This document shows, in pieces, positions 55,994 through 64,000 of a stretch of DNA of 64,000 bases. The position numbers and the translations under genes were made by a program. The DNA is from Geobacter sp. Lineage in GTDB: Bacteria; Desulfobacterota; Desulfuromonadia; Geobacterales; Geobacteraceae. The notes beneath the pieces were generated by a model that was given only the letters and a program-made list of their open reading frames with translations, was not told the DNA's origin and did not search any database. The number at the start of each line of letters is the position of its first letter. Within the stretch, counting starts at the first letter, position 1. Where the stretch lies: contig JACOUQ010000017.1 of assembly GCA_016177775.1 (NCBI GenBank), forward strand, positions 1 to 64,000. The letters run 5' to 3'.

Positions 55994-56587
55994 TTACAGT
56001 TTTCCTTTGGTGGATAGCACCCCTTGAATCCGCGGGTCCAGCTGCGTGGCTTGGTCCAGCGCCCGCGCGCAGGCCTTGAAGCAAGCCTCCAGCACATGGT
56101 GCACATTGTCGCCGTAACGGACATTTACATGCAGATTGGCTCCCAGGTTGTTGGCGAATGCCTGGAAGAATTCGCGGGCCAGTTCTACGTCGAATTCACC
56201 GATCTTCACCCTCGGAAGGGAAGCATTATAAACCATGTACGGCCGGCCGGAAAGGTCGACCGCCACCTCCGCCAAAGTCTCGTCCATCGGCACGACTGCC
56301 GCACCGTAGCGTCGGATCCCCTTCTTGTCGCCGAGGGACTCCCGGAAGGCCTGGCCGAGGACGATGCCGATGTCCTCCACCGTGTGGTGGAAATCGATAT
56401 CGATGTCCCCCTTGGCCTCCACCGCCAGGTCGAAGAGGCCGTGCCGGGCGAACAGGTCGAGCATGTGGTCGAGAAACGGCACCGAAGTGCAGACCTTCGC
56501 CTCGCCAGTACCGTCAAGGTCGAGAGAAAGCTTAATCTGGGTTTCCTTGGTAATCCGCTCGATAGAGGCCTTACGGGACATGACCAC
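55994..56587 (-). CDS. hisB: imidazoleglycerol-phosphate dehydratase
   Basis: [18 protein letters not shown] and HHTVEDIGI. Confidence 0.95.
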   Translation of the reverse strand: MVMSRKASIERITKETQIKLSLDLDGTGEAKVCTSVPFLDHMLDLFARHGLFDLAVEAKGDIDIDFHHTVEDIGIVLGQAFRESLGDKKGIRRYGAAVVPMDETLAEVAVDLSGRPYMVYNASLPRVKIGEFDVELAREFFQAFANNLGANLHVNVRYGDNVHHVLEACFKACARALDQATQLDPRIQGVLSTKGKL

Positions 56588-56633
56588 CTCCTGAATTCAG
56601 GCGAAGACTGAAAGCCGAATACTGAAGTTTTTA

Positions 56634-56657
56634 CCTTCAGCCTTCAGCCTTCTACCT
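56634..56657. repeat. CCTTCAG-heptamer element, copy B (CCTTCAGCCTTCAGCCTTCTACCT) at the hisB|hisC junction
   Basis: Near-identical to 34501-34527. Preceded by a partial inverted copy (gaagactgaaagccgaatactgaag). Confidence 0.55.
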
Positions 56658-56660
56658 CGC

Positions 56661-57713
56661 TTATTGTATTTCCTTCATCGCCGCCAGCGTCTTCTCCATC
56701 TCATCCTGTGTGCCGATGGAAATTCTCAGCCCATGGGCAAGCACAGGATCACTGAGCAGCCGGACCAGAATCTTCCGCTCGTACAGAGCGCCATAGACCC
56801 GTTTGCCGTTGCGGTCGGGGGGAGCGGCGAAGACGAAGTTCCCCTGGGAGTCGATGACGTCGTAACCGATCCCGCGTAGCTCCGTAGTGAACCAGTCGCG
56901 GGTTTCGCGGATCCTGCGGGTGCACTCCAGAAAGTACGGCTGATCCTGCAGAGCACCCACGCAGGCGGCTTGGGCCAGGCGGTCCAGGTTGTAATGATCG
57001 CGAATCTTGTCCAGAGCGGCCACCACTTCGGGGCGGGCAATAGCGAAACCAAGCCTCATCCCGGCAAGGGAGTAGCTCTTGGAAAGGGTGCGGGTCACCA
57101 CTACTTTCTCGTGCTTCTTCACCAGCTCCAGGGCGTTTGCATCGGCGAAGTCGGCGTAGGCCTCGTCCACCACCAGCATGCCGCTGCAACGCCCGGCCAG
57201 CTCTTCCACATATTCGATGGGACAGGCAAAGCCAAGCGGCGAGTTCGGAGTAGTAAGGAAGAAGAGCTTTCCGTCGTAGCGCTCCGGGAATTCGGCCACC
57301 CGGAAATCATCCGTGAGGCCAAAGGCATTCACCTTCGCCCCCTGTATCTCCGCCAGGGTCTTGTAATAGGAGTAAGAGGGGTGCACGTAGCCCACCTCCT
57401 CACCCTCGCCGGCAAAGGCGCGGATCAGGTTGTTAAGCACCTCGTCGGAACCATTGGCCATGATGACCCACGAAGGGTCGAACCCGTACAGCTCCCCCAC
57501 AACCTCCCGCAGCTTCTGGCTGGAAGCGCTCGGATAGGTGCGAAGCGAGGCCCCGTCCTTGCCCAGCTCCGCAAGAATCGCCTCAACGACCTTGGGCGAC
57601 GGCGGATAGGGGTTCTCATTGGTGTTCAGCTTTATCCAAGAAGCAATGTCCGGCGGCTGATAGCCTGGGACGTAGCCCTGCATGGCTGCTATGTTGGGTC
57701 TGAACGGGATCAT
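56661..57713 (-). CDS. hisC: histidinol-phosphate aminotransferase
   Basis: [17 protein letters not shown]... and the PLP-Lys region ([14 protein letters not shown]). Confidence 0.9.
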   Translation of the reverse strand: MIPFRPNIAAMQGYVPGYQPPDIASWIKLNTNENPYPPSPKVVEAILAELGKDGASLRTYPSASSQKLREVVGELYGFDPSWVIMANGSDEVLNNLIRAFAGEGEEVGYVHPSYSYYKTLAEIQGAKVNAFGLTDDFRVAEFPERYDGKLFFLTTPNSPLGFACPIEYVEELAGRCSGMLVVDEAYADFADANALELVKKHEKVVVTRTLSKSYSLAGMRLGFAIARPEVVAALDKIRDHYNLDRLAQAACVGALQDQPYFLECTRRIRETRDWFTTELRGIGYDVIDSQGNFVFAAPPDRNGKRVYGALYERKILVRLLSDPVLAHGLRISIGTQDEMEKTLAAMKEIQ

Positions 57714-57722
57714 CTGGCGTTC

Positions 57723-57767
57723 ATAGGTCCCATAAGTCCCAGAAGTCCCATAAGACCTATAAGACTT
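57723..57767. repeat. five tandem 9-mers (CATAGGTCC/CATAAGTCC/CAGAAGTCC/CATAAGACC/TATAAGACT) between hisD and hisC
   Basis: Occupies essentially the whole hisD-hisC spacer and overlaps the hisD stop codon. Confidence 0.5.
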
Positions 57768-59076
57768 AAGCCCTTTTCCCCTTTCCAAGTCTTATGCTCA
57801 CCGATTTGCCGTGGGCCTCCAATCCCTCCAGCCCGGCAATCGTGACGATGTCCTGCCCCAGCCGGTTCAGCCCGCCTTCAGAGAAGTAAACGATGGAGGA
57901 CTTTTTCACGAAGTCGTCCACCGAAAGGGGTGAGAAAAACCGCGCCGTGCCGCCAGTGGGGAGGGTATGGTTCGGTCCCGCTAGATAGTCCCCGGCAGCC
58001 TCAGGGGTGTAGTGCCCGAGGAAGATGGCGCCGGCGTTCCTGATTTTCGGGAGGATCGCGAACGGCTCGGCCACCGCCAGCTCCAGGTGCTCCGGAGCGA
58101 TCCGGTTGGAAAAGGCGATCGCCTCATCGAGTCCCCCGGCAACGATAACCGCGCCGTAGATATCCCAAGACTTGCGGGCAATGGCCTTGCGGGAGAGCTT
58201 CTTGAGCTGTATTTCCACCTCCTCCGCCACCTTTTCGCCGAATTCGCGGCTCGTGGTGATCAGGATGGAGGAGGCAAGCTCGTCGTGCTCGGCCTGGGAG
58301 AGGAGGTCGGCGGCAATGTGCGCCGGGTTCCCGGTGCCGTCGTTTATGACCAGTATCTCGGAGGGGCCGGCGATCATGTCGATCCCCACCTGGCCGAACA
58401 CAAGCTTCTTGGCCGTGGCCACGTAAATGTTTCCCGGCCCGGTGATCTTGTCCACGCGGGGGATGGTGTTGGTACCGTAGGCCAGCGCCGCCACCGCCTG
58501 CGCGCCGCCGATGCGGAATACCTTGTCAACCCCGGAGAGGCGGGCCGCCACCAGGACATGGGGGTTGATCTCACCGCCAGGCGTAGGCGCCACCATGATC
58601 ACCTCGTCCACGCCAGCCACCTTGGCCGGCACCGCGTTCATGATGACGCTTGACGGATAGCTCGCCTTGCCGCCCGGCACATAGATGCCGACACGCTCCA
58701 GCGGCTGCACCATCTGGCCGAGCATGATGTCGGTTTCCTCGGTGGAGAGCCAGGTCTCCTGCTTCTGCTTCTCGTGGAAGCGGGCCACCCGCTCCACTGC
58801 CACCTTCAGGGCCGCGATCTCGTCGTCCTTCACCCTGGCAAAGGCGTAGTTGAAGTCATCCTCGGAAACCTGGAGTTCTGTTACCGAAGCGGCCTCTAGC
58901 CGGTCAAAGCGTTGCGTATATTCCAGAAGAGCCGCATCACCCCGCCTGCGCACATCGGCAATGATGTCGAGGACGACCTGCTCCACCTCACGGCTGGTCT
59001 CCTCCCCGCGTGCCAGGATGGCAGCGAACTTCGCGTCGAAGTCCTTGTCTTTGAAATCGAGGAATTGCATGATCAC
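57766..59076 (-). CDS. hisD: histidinol dehydrogenase
   Basis: HisD Zn/NAD motifs ([29 protein letters not shown]). Confidence 0.95.
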   Translation of the reverse strand: MIMQFLDFKDKDFDAKFAAILARGEETSREVEQVVLDIIADVRRRGDAALLEYTQRFDRLEAASVTELQVSEDDFNYAFARVKDDEIAALKVAVERVARFHEKQKQETWLSTEETDIMLGQMVQPLERVGIYVPGGKASYPSSVIMNAVPAKVAGVDEVIMVAPTPGGEINPHVLVAARLSGVDKVFRIGGAQAVAALAYGTNTIPRVDKITGPGNIYVATAKKLVFGQVGIDMIAGPSEILVINDGTGNPAHIAADLLSQAEHDELASSILITTSREFGEKVAEEVEIQLKKLSRKAIARKSWDIYGAVIVAGGLDEAIAFSNRIAPEHLELAVAEPFAILPKIRNAGAIFLGHYTPEAAGDYLAGPNHTLPTGGTARFFSPLSVDDFVKKSSIVYFSEGGLNRLGQDIVTIAGLEGLEAHGKSVSIRLGKGKRA

Positions 59077-59086
59077 CTCAGAAAAG

Positions 59087-59725
59087 TTAGACGTGCCGCT
59101 CTAAACCGGTGATGATTTCGGTGATCCGCCTGTGCTTGGTCTTCAGGCTCGCCCGGTTGACGATAAGCCGGGTGGTGATCTCGGCGATGGTCTCCACTTC
59201 CACCAGGCCGTTCTGCTTGAGGGTTTCGCCCGTGGAAACAAGATCGACGATCCGCTCGGAGAGCCCCACCAGCGGAGCCAGCTCGATGGAGCCGTAGAGC
59301 TTGATGATCTCCACCTGAATCCCCTTGGCGGCAAAGTACTTTTCAGTCACGTTCGGATACTTGGTGGCGATCCGGATATTGGACCAGCTCGAAGGATCGT
59401 CGTCCGTGGCAAGCCCGGCAGGCTCGGCCACCATCATGCGGCAGTAGCCGAACTTCAGGTCAAGCGGCTCGTACACGTCCTTTTCCTGCTCCATCAGGGT
59501 GTCCTTGCCTACTATCCCCAGGTCGGCACAGCCGTACTCCACGTAGGTGGGAACATCAGTGGCCCGGACGATCATGTAGCGCATCTTCTCAGCCTGGTTC
59601 TCGAAGATCAGCTTGCGGGAGCTGGAAAGGAGCTCGTCGCAGTTGATCCCGATCTTCTTGAAAAGCGTGACGGACTCTTCGAGGATGCGCCCCTTCGGAA
59701 TGGCTATGGTGATGAAATCGGTCAT
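59087..59725 (-). CDS. hisG: ATP phosphoribosyltransferase (short form)
   Basis: MTDFITIAIPKGRILEES... and EKYFAAKG. Confidence 0.9.
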   Translation of the reverse strand: MTDFITIAIPKGRILEESVTLFKKIGINCDELLSSSRKLIFENQAEKMRYMIVRATDVPTYVEYGCADLGIVGKDTLMEQEKDVYEPLDLKFGYCRMMVAEPAGLATDDDPSSWSNIRIATKYPNVTEKYFAAKGIQVEIIKLYGSIELAPLVGLSERIVDLVSTGETLKQNGLVEVETIAEITTRLIVNRASLKTKHRRITEIITGLERHV

Positions 59726-59726
59726 T

Positions 59727-60980
59727 TTATTCTTTCACCCGCACGATATCCGCGCCGAGCGCTGCCAGCTTCTTTTCGATGGACTCGTACCCCCGGTCCA
59801 AGTGGTAAATGCGCGAGATCTCGGTGGTGTTGTCCGCCGCCAGGGCGGCCAGGATCAGGGAGGCAGAGGCACGCAAATCCGTGGCCATAACCGGCGCACC
59901 GGAGAGCTTCTTCACCCCCTTGACCGTGGCAGTGTTCCCCTCCACGGTGATGTCGGCGCCAAACCGCATTAGCTCCGAGACATGCATGAAGCGGTTCTCG
60001 AAGATGTTCTCGCTGATGACGCTTGCCCCGTCGGCAACGCACATGAGCGCCATGTACTGCGCCTGCATGTCCGTGGGGAAACCGGGATAGGGTCGAGTCT
60101 TGATGTTGATGGCGCCCGGCCGGCGCGGCCCCTTGACCCGCACCACGTTGTCGCGGTTGATGATCTCCACGCCCGCGTCCTGGAGCTTGAAAACCAGGGC
60201 ATCCAGGTGGTCAAGCCGCATGTTGTGGATGCGGATATCGCCGCCGGTGATGGCGGCCGCCGCAATGAATGTTCCGGCCTCGATCCGGTCCGGAATGACC
60301 CGGTGCGTCACGGGAGCAAGCTCGTCCACCCCGATGATCCGGATGGTATCGGTGCCTGCCCCTTCGATCTTCGCCCCCATGTCGCACAACATGTCGCCGA
60401 GATCGATGATCTCCGGCTCGCGGGCCGCGTTTTCCAGTATGGTTTCACCCTTGGCAGTGGCCGCGGCCATCATCAGCTGCTCGGTCCCCCCAACTGTGGC
60501 GATGTCGAAATTGACCCGTCCCCCCTTGAGCCTCTTCGCCTTTGCCTCCACATAGCCGTGCTCGAGCTTGATGTCGGCGCCGAGCGCCGCAAGCCCTTTC
60601 AGGTGAAGGTTGATGGGACGGGCGCCAATGGCGCATCCGCCGGGCAGCGATACGCGGGCCTTGCCGAAACGGGCGAGCAGGGGCCCGAGGGCCAGAACCG
60701 AAGCGCGCATGGTCTTGACAAGGTCATAGGTGGCCTCGAAATTGGCAATCGGGCCGGTGTTTATCCGGACGACGTTGCCGTTCCCCTCGACTTCCGCGCC
60801 GAGCTGCTCCAGCACCTTGATAGTAGTGTTGATATCGCGCAGGAAGGGAACGTTGTGGATCTCGTGGGTACCGGGGGCCAGGATGGTTGCAAAAAAGATG
60901 GGAAGGGCAGCGTTCTTCGATCCGCTGACGGTGACGTCACCGGAAAGCTTCTTGCCACCCTTGATGATCAGTTTGTCCAA
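59727..60980 (-). CDS. murA: UDP-N-acetylglucosamine 1-carboxyvinyltransferase
   Basis: (M)[26 protein letters not shown] matches the MurA N-terminus. Probable TTG start at 60980 preceded by AGAGG. Only 1 nt from hisG. Confidence 0.9.
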   Translation of the reverse strand: MDKLIIKGGKKLSGDVTVSGSKNAALPIFFATILAPGTHEIHNVPFLRDINTTIKVLEQLGAEVEGNGNVVRINTGPIANFEATYDLVKTMRASVLALGPLLARFGKARVSLPGGCAIGARPINLHLKGLAALGADIKLEHGYVEAKAKRLKGGRVNFDIATVGGTEQLMMAAATAKGETILENAAREPEIIDLGDMLCDMGAKIEGAGTDTIRIIGVDELAPVTHRVIPDRIEAGTFIAAAAITGGDIRIHNMRLDHLDALVFKLQDAGVEIINRDNVVRVKGPRRPGAINIKTRPYPGFPTDMQAQYMALMCVADGASVISENIFENRFMHVSELMRFGADITVEGNTATVKGVKKLSGAPVMATDLRASASLILAALAADNTTEISRIYHLDRGYESIEKKLAALGADIVRVKE

Positions 60981-61134
60981 TGCAAAACCTCTTTCATACA
61001 GCGGGCGCGGTCTTCCGCCCATCTCGCCACCGTGTCCTCGAAACCCTGCCTCAACGTAGCGCTGCTACGCCTCGGCACGGTTTCTGCGGGCCAGCGGCGA
61101 TCTGGCCGAAATCTCACGCCCGGTTGATAAAAAC

Positions 61135-61992
61135 CTAGGCGCGTATCAGTCCCCCGACCACCCGTTCAATCCCGGCGAGGTCCCTCACGGTGAATATCTC
61201 TGTGAATCCTGCCTGCTTGTAAATCTCCCGCACCCTCTCCGCCTGGTCGATACCCACTTCCACCATGAGCCAACCGCCGGGAGTCAGGTGCCGGGGCGCG
61301 GCAGGGATTATCAGGCGGTAGAAATCAAGCCCATCGGCGCCGCCGTCCAAGGCGGCAGAGGGCTCGAAGTCGCGCACCTCTGGCTGGAGATCAGCCAGAT
61401 CGGCAGTCGGTATGTAGGGGGGATTCGAGACGATCAGGTCGAACCGCTCACCCTCCACAGGCGCAAAGAGCGATCCCTCCAGGAACCGGACTGCTGCTCC
61501 GTTGCGTTCGGCATTGCGTCCAGCCACTTCCAGGGCCTCGACCGACTGGTCGATCCCGGTCACGTCGGCCTCCGGGAGAAGCTTTGCCAGGGCCACGGCA
61601 ATGCAGCCGCTCCCTGTACCGATGTCCAGGATCCGCTTCGCCGCTGGACAGCGCTTCAGCGCCTCCTCCACCAGCACCTCGGTGTCGTGGCGCGGTATAA
61701 GGACCGCCGGGGTAACCTCGAAATCGAGGCCATGGAATTCCTGTGTACCCAGGATGTGCTGGAGCGGCTCGCGCCGCGCCCGCCTGACTACCATCCCCCG
61801 GTAGGCGGAAAGCTCGTGATCGTTCAGTGGCCTGTCGAAGTTGAGGTAGAGACCGACCCGGTCCAGCCCCAGCACCTCGCAAAGCATCCACTCCGCCTCC
61901 AGGCGGGCGTTCTCCACCTCTTTTCCGGCCAGGTACCCCTTGGTCCAGTCAAGCACCTTCAGTACAGTCCAGATTTCCTGATTCGGCGACAT
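61135..61992 (-). CDS. prmC: release-factor glutamine N5-methyltransferase PrmC (HemK)
   Basis: SAM-binding DIGTGSGCIA and catalytic NPPY (VSNPPYIP). Confidence 0.85.
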   Translation of the reverse strand: MSPNQEIWTVLKVLDWTKGYLAGKEVENARLEAEWMLCEVLGLDRVGLYLNFDRPLNDHELSAYRGMVVRRARREPLQHILGTQEFHGLDFEVTPAVLIPRHDTEVLVEEALKRCPAAKRILDIGTGSGCIAVALAKLLPEADVTGIDQSVEALEVAGRNAERNGAAVRFLEGSLFAPVEGERFDLIVSNPPYIPTADLADLQPEVRDFEPSAALDGGADGLDFYRLIIPAAPRHLTPGGWLMVEVGIDQAERVREIYKQAGFTEIFTVRDLAGIERVVGGLIRA

Positions 61993-62015
61993 AAATATTC
62001 CCTTTGGACACACAA

Positions 62016-62045
62016 TGTAGAGACGTAATGCGTTACGTCTCTACA
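62016..62045. repeat. intergenic palindrome TGTAGAGACGtaatgcgttaCGTCTCTACA between prfA and prmC
   Basis: Perfect 10-bp arms. Same arm sequence as the 25892-25918 element. Confidence 0.55.
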
Positions 62046-62061
62046 CACGCCCATCACCATG

Positions 62062-63123
62062 TCAGGCCGCCTGCTCCTGAAGCGCCTCCATCTGGTAATG
62101 CGCCCGCAGGGTATTGACGATCTCCTCGATATCCCCCTCCATGATCGATTCGAGCCGGTAGAGGGTGAGGCCGATCCGGTGGTCGGTCATGCGCCCCTGG
62201 GGGAAATTGTAGGTGCGGATCCGCTCGCTCCGGTCGCCGCTACCCACCTGCTGCTTGCGGTCGGCGGCCAGTTTCGCGTTCTGCTCCTGCTGCATCATAT
62301 CGTACATGCGGGACTTGAGGACCTTCATCGCCTTGGAACGGTTCTTGATCTGGCTCCGCTCGTCCTGACACTCCACCACTATGCCGGTGGGGAGGTGGGT
62401 GATGCGCACCGCGGACTCGGTCTTGTTGACATGCTGGCCGCCGGCGCCGGAGGCCCTGTAGACGTCAATCTTCAAGTCGACCGGATTTATGTCGATTTCG
62501 ATGTCCTCAACCTCGGGAAGTATGGCCACGGTACAGGCCGAGGTGTGGATACGCCCCTGGGTTTCGGTTTCAGGCACCCGCTGCACCCGATGGGTGCCTG
62601 ACTCATACTTGAGCTTGGCGTAGACCTGGTCCCCCTCCACCGAGGCAACGACCTCCTTGTAACCACCCCGCTCCGACTCGGATGCGGACATGATCTCCAC
62701 GCGCCAGCGGTTGCGCTCGGCGAACTTGCTGTACATGCGTAACATGTCCCCGGCAAAGAGCGCGGACTCGTCGCCCCCGGTTCCGGCGCGGATCTCCAGG
62801 ATCACGTTACGGCTGTCGTTGGGGTCCTTGGGGAGGAGCAGTATCCTGATCTCCCCTTCGAGCCGCTCCCTTTCTTCCTCCAGGGCCTTCAGCTCGACCT
62901 CGGCCATCTCCTTCATCTCCGGATCGGCCAGAAGCTCCCGGTTCCCCTTGATCTCCTCCATGACCTTCCGGTAACGGCGGTAGGCCTCTACCAGCTCCCG
63001 CAGGTCAGCATGCTCGCGGGAGAGCTTGCGAAACTGGGGCTGGTCACCAATGACCGTCGGGTCTGACATAAGGGCTTCCAGTTCCTGGAAGCGCCTTTCT
63101 AGTTCTTCAATCTTTTCGAACAT
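62062..63123 (-). CDS. prfA: peptide chain release factor 1
   Basis: GGQ motif ([25 protein letters not shown]). PxT-type RF1 region. Confidence 0.95.
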   Translation of the reverse strand: MFEKIEELERRFQELEALMSDPTVIGDQPQFRKLSREHADLRELVEAYRRYRKVMEEIKGNRELLADPEMKEMAEVELKALEEERERLEGEIRILLLPKDPNDSRNVILEIRAGTGGDESALFAGDMLRMYSKFAERNRWRVEIMSASESERGGYKEVVASVEGDQVYAKLKYESGTHRVQRVPETETQGRIHTSACTVAILPEVEDIEIDINPVDLKIDVYRASGAGGQHVNKTESAVRITHLPTGIVVECQDERSQIKNRSKAMKVLKSRMYDMMQQEQNAKLAADRKQQVGSGDRSERIRTYNFPQGRMTDHRIGLTLYRLESIMEGDIEEIVNTLRAHYQMEALQEQAA

Positions 63124-63170
63124 CGGTAAATCCTTGGCATTAATTCAAAACAACAGGACATATAGGTCGT

Positions 63171-63198
63171 ATGGGACCCATGGGTCCCATGATTTTTT
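63171..63198. terminator. perfect 16-bp palindrome GGGACCCATGGGTCCC flanked by an A-tract and a T-tract between DUF1385 gene and prfA
   Basis: ATGGGACCCATGGGTCCCAT followed by GATTTTTTC. Likely a bidirectional terminator or attenuator. Confidence 0.45.
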
Positions 63199-64000
63199 CA
63201 AACCACTATCCGATCATCCTTGTAATCACCGTTTATTGCCAGCGCCTCCTGCATTGAGCGGATCGCCACTTCCATCTGGTCATCGTCCGGCTCGCCGGTG
63301 GTAAGACGCTGCAGGGCAAGTCCCGGCGTGATGATCGCCTTCACCAGGGGGTTACTGTCATTCCTGGCGCTCCACCTGAGGAACTCGTAGGAAATTCCGG
63401 CAATAAGAGGGAGCAGGACCACCCGGGAACCGGCCTTCATAATGAACGGCAAGGCCTTCGGGATCAGGGAGAACACCAGGATGCTCACCACCATGACGAT
63501 CAAAAGGAAGCTGGTGCCGCAACGGGGATGGAGACGGCTGTATTTCCTGACATTCTCGACCGTCAGCTCTTCGCCGGCCTCGAAGGCGAAGATTGTCTTG
63601 TGCTCTGCCCCGTGGTACTGGAAAACCCGCTTGATGTCGTTCATCCGGGCAATGGACCAGATGTACAGAAGGAACACGGTCACCCTGATCAGGCCATCCA
63701 CAAGGTTGAAGACGATGTTGGAGTCGCCGATTATCGGAATCAGGAGCTTGGTGAGATAGAGCGGCAGGATAAAAAAGAGGAGGATGCCGGCGCCAAAGGC
63801 AAAGGCCATGGTGCCTGCCATGGCCCAGGAGCTGATTTCCTCCTGCTTTCCCTCCTCCTCCACCATGGCCTCGTTGGCGGAGAAGTTGAGAGCCTTTATC
63901 CCGATGATGAGGGAGGTGAAGAGCGCCACCGCGCCGCGCACGATGGGGAGCTTCACCACCGGATAGCGCTCGGAGAGGGGAACTACCTCGTCCTTCTTGA
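63198..64000 (-). CDS. DUF1385-family membrane protein (YqhQ-like), N-terminus beyond the window edge
   Basis: The reading frame stays open upstream to position 64000 (…KKDEVVPLSERYPVVKLPIVRG…). Conserved HGAEHK motif and multiple TM helices. Confidence 0.7.
   Translation of the reverse strand, partial: KKDEVVPLSERYPVVKLPIVRGAVALFTSLIIGIKALNFSANEAMVEEEGKQEEISSWAMAGTMAFAFGAGILLFFILPLYLTKLLIPIIGDSNIVFNLVDGLIRVTVFLLYIWSIARMNDIKRVFQYHGAEHKTIFAFEAGEELTVENVRKYSRLHPRCGTSFLLIVMVVSILVFSLIPKALPFIMKAGSRVVLLPLIAGISYEFLRWSARNDSNPLVKAIITPGLALQRLTTGEPDDDQMEVAIRSMQEALAINGDYKDDRIVV

Overview
The window is a high-GC (about 60%) chromosomal segment that looks like Geobacteraceae/Desulfuromonadales. The lineage call is an inference from gene order, an octaheme c-type cytochrome and a family of intergenic repeats. 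About 80% of the window is conserved core, almost all on the minus strand: a complete dcw cell-division and cell-wall cluster (mraZ-rsmH-ftsL-ftsI-murE-murF-mraY-murD-ftsW-murG-murC-murB-ddl-ftsQ-ftsA-ftsZ); RNase P RNA (rnpB), which is missed by the ORF track; a tRNA-CAU; metF with an octaheme cytochrome c; the rpsU-yqeY-cvpA-dnaG-rpoD operon; a fused murA-hisGDCBHAFE operon; and prmC-prfA. The first ~13.4 kb is a mosaic accessory island. It carries AT-rich blocks; a pentapeptide-repeat protein; a giant SPFH/flotillin-like protein with six tandem N-terminal repeats next to a secreted LamG-domain protein; an IS110-family element abutting an amber-interrupted IS200-like Y1 transposase; three toxin-antitoxin loci plus one antitoxin remnant; and two small hydrophobic ORFs that each follow the same 29-nt direct repeat. 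No CRISPR array was found. The non-coding DNA is rich in structured repeats: tandem-heptamer hairpins, a GTAGAGACG/ACGCATGCGT palindrome family, and a 27-nt element reused at two intra-operon junctions. No single obviously new multi-gene system stands out. The best candidates for new biology are the repeat-expanded flotillin/LamG pair, the direct-repeat/small-peptide modules (possible type I toxin-like), the GAGACGCATG operator array, the putative IS110 bridge-RNA region, and the intergenic repeat families.
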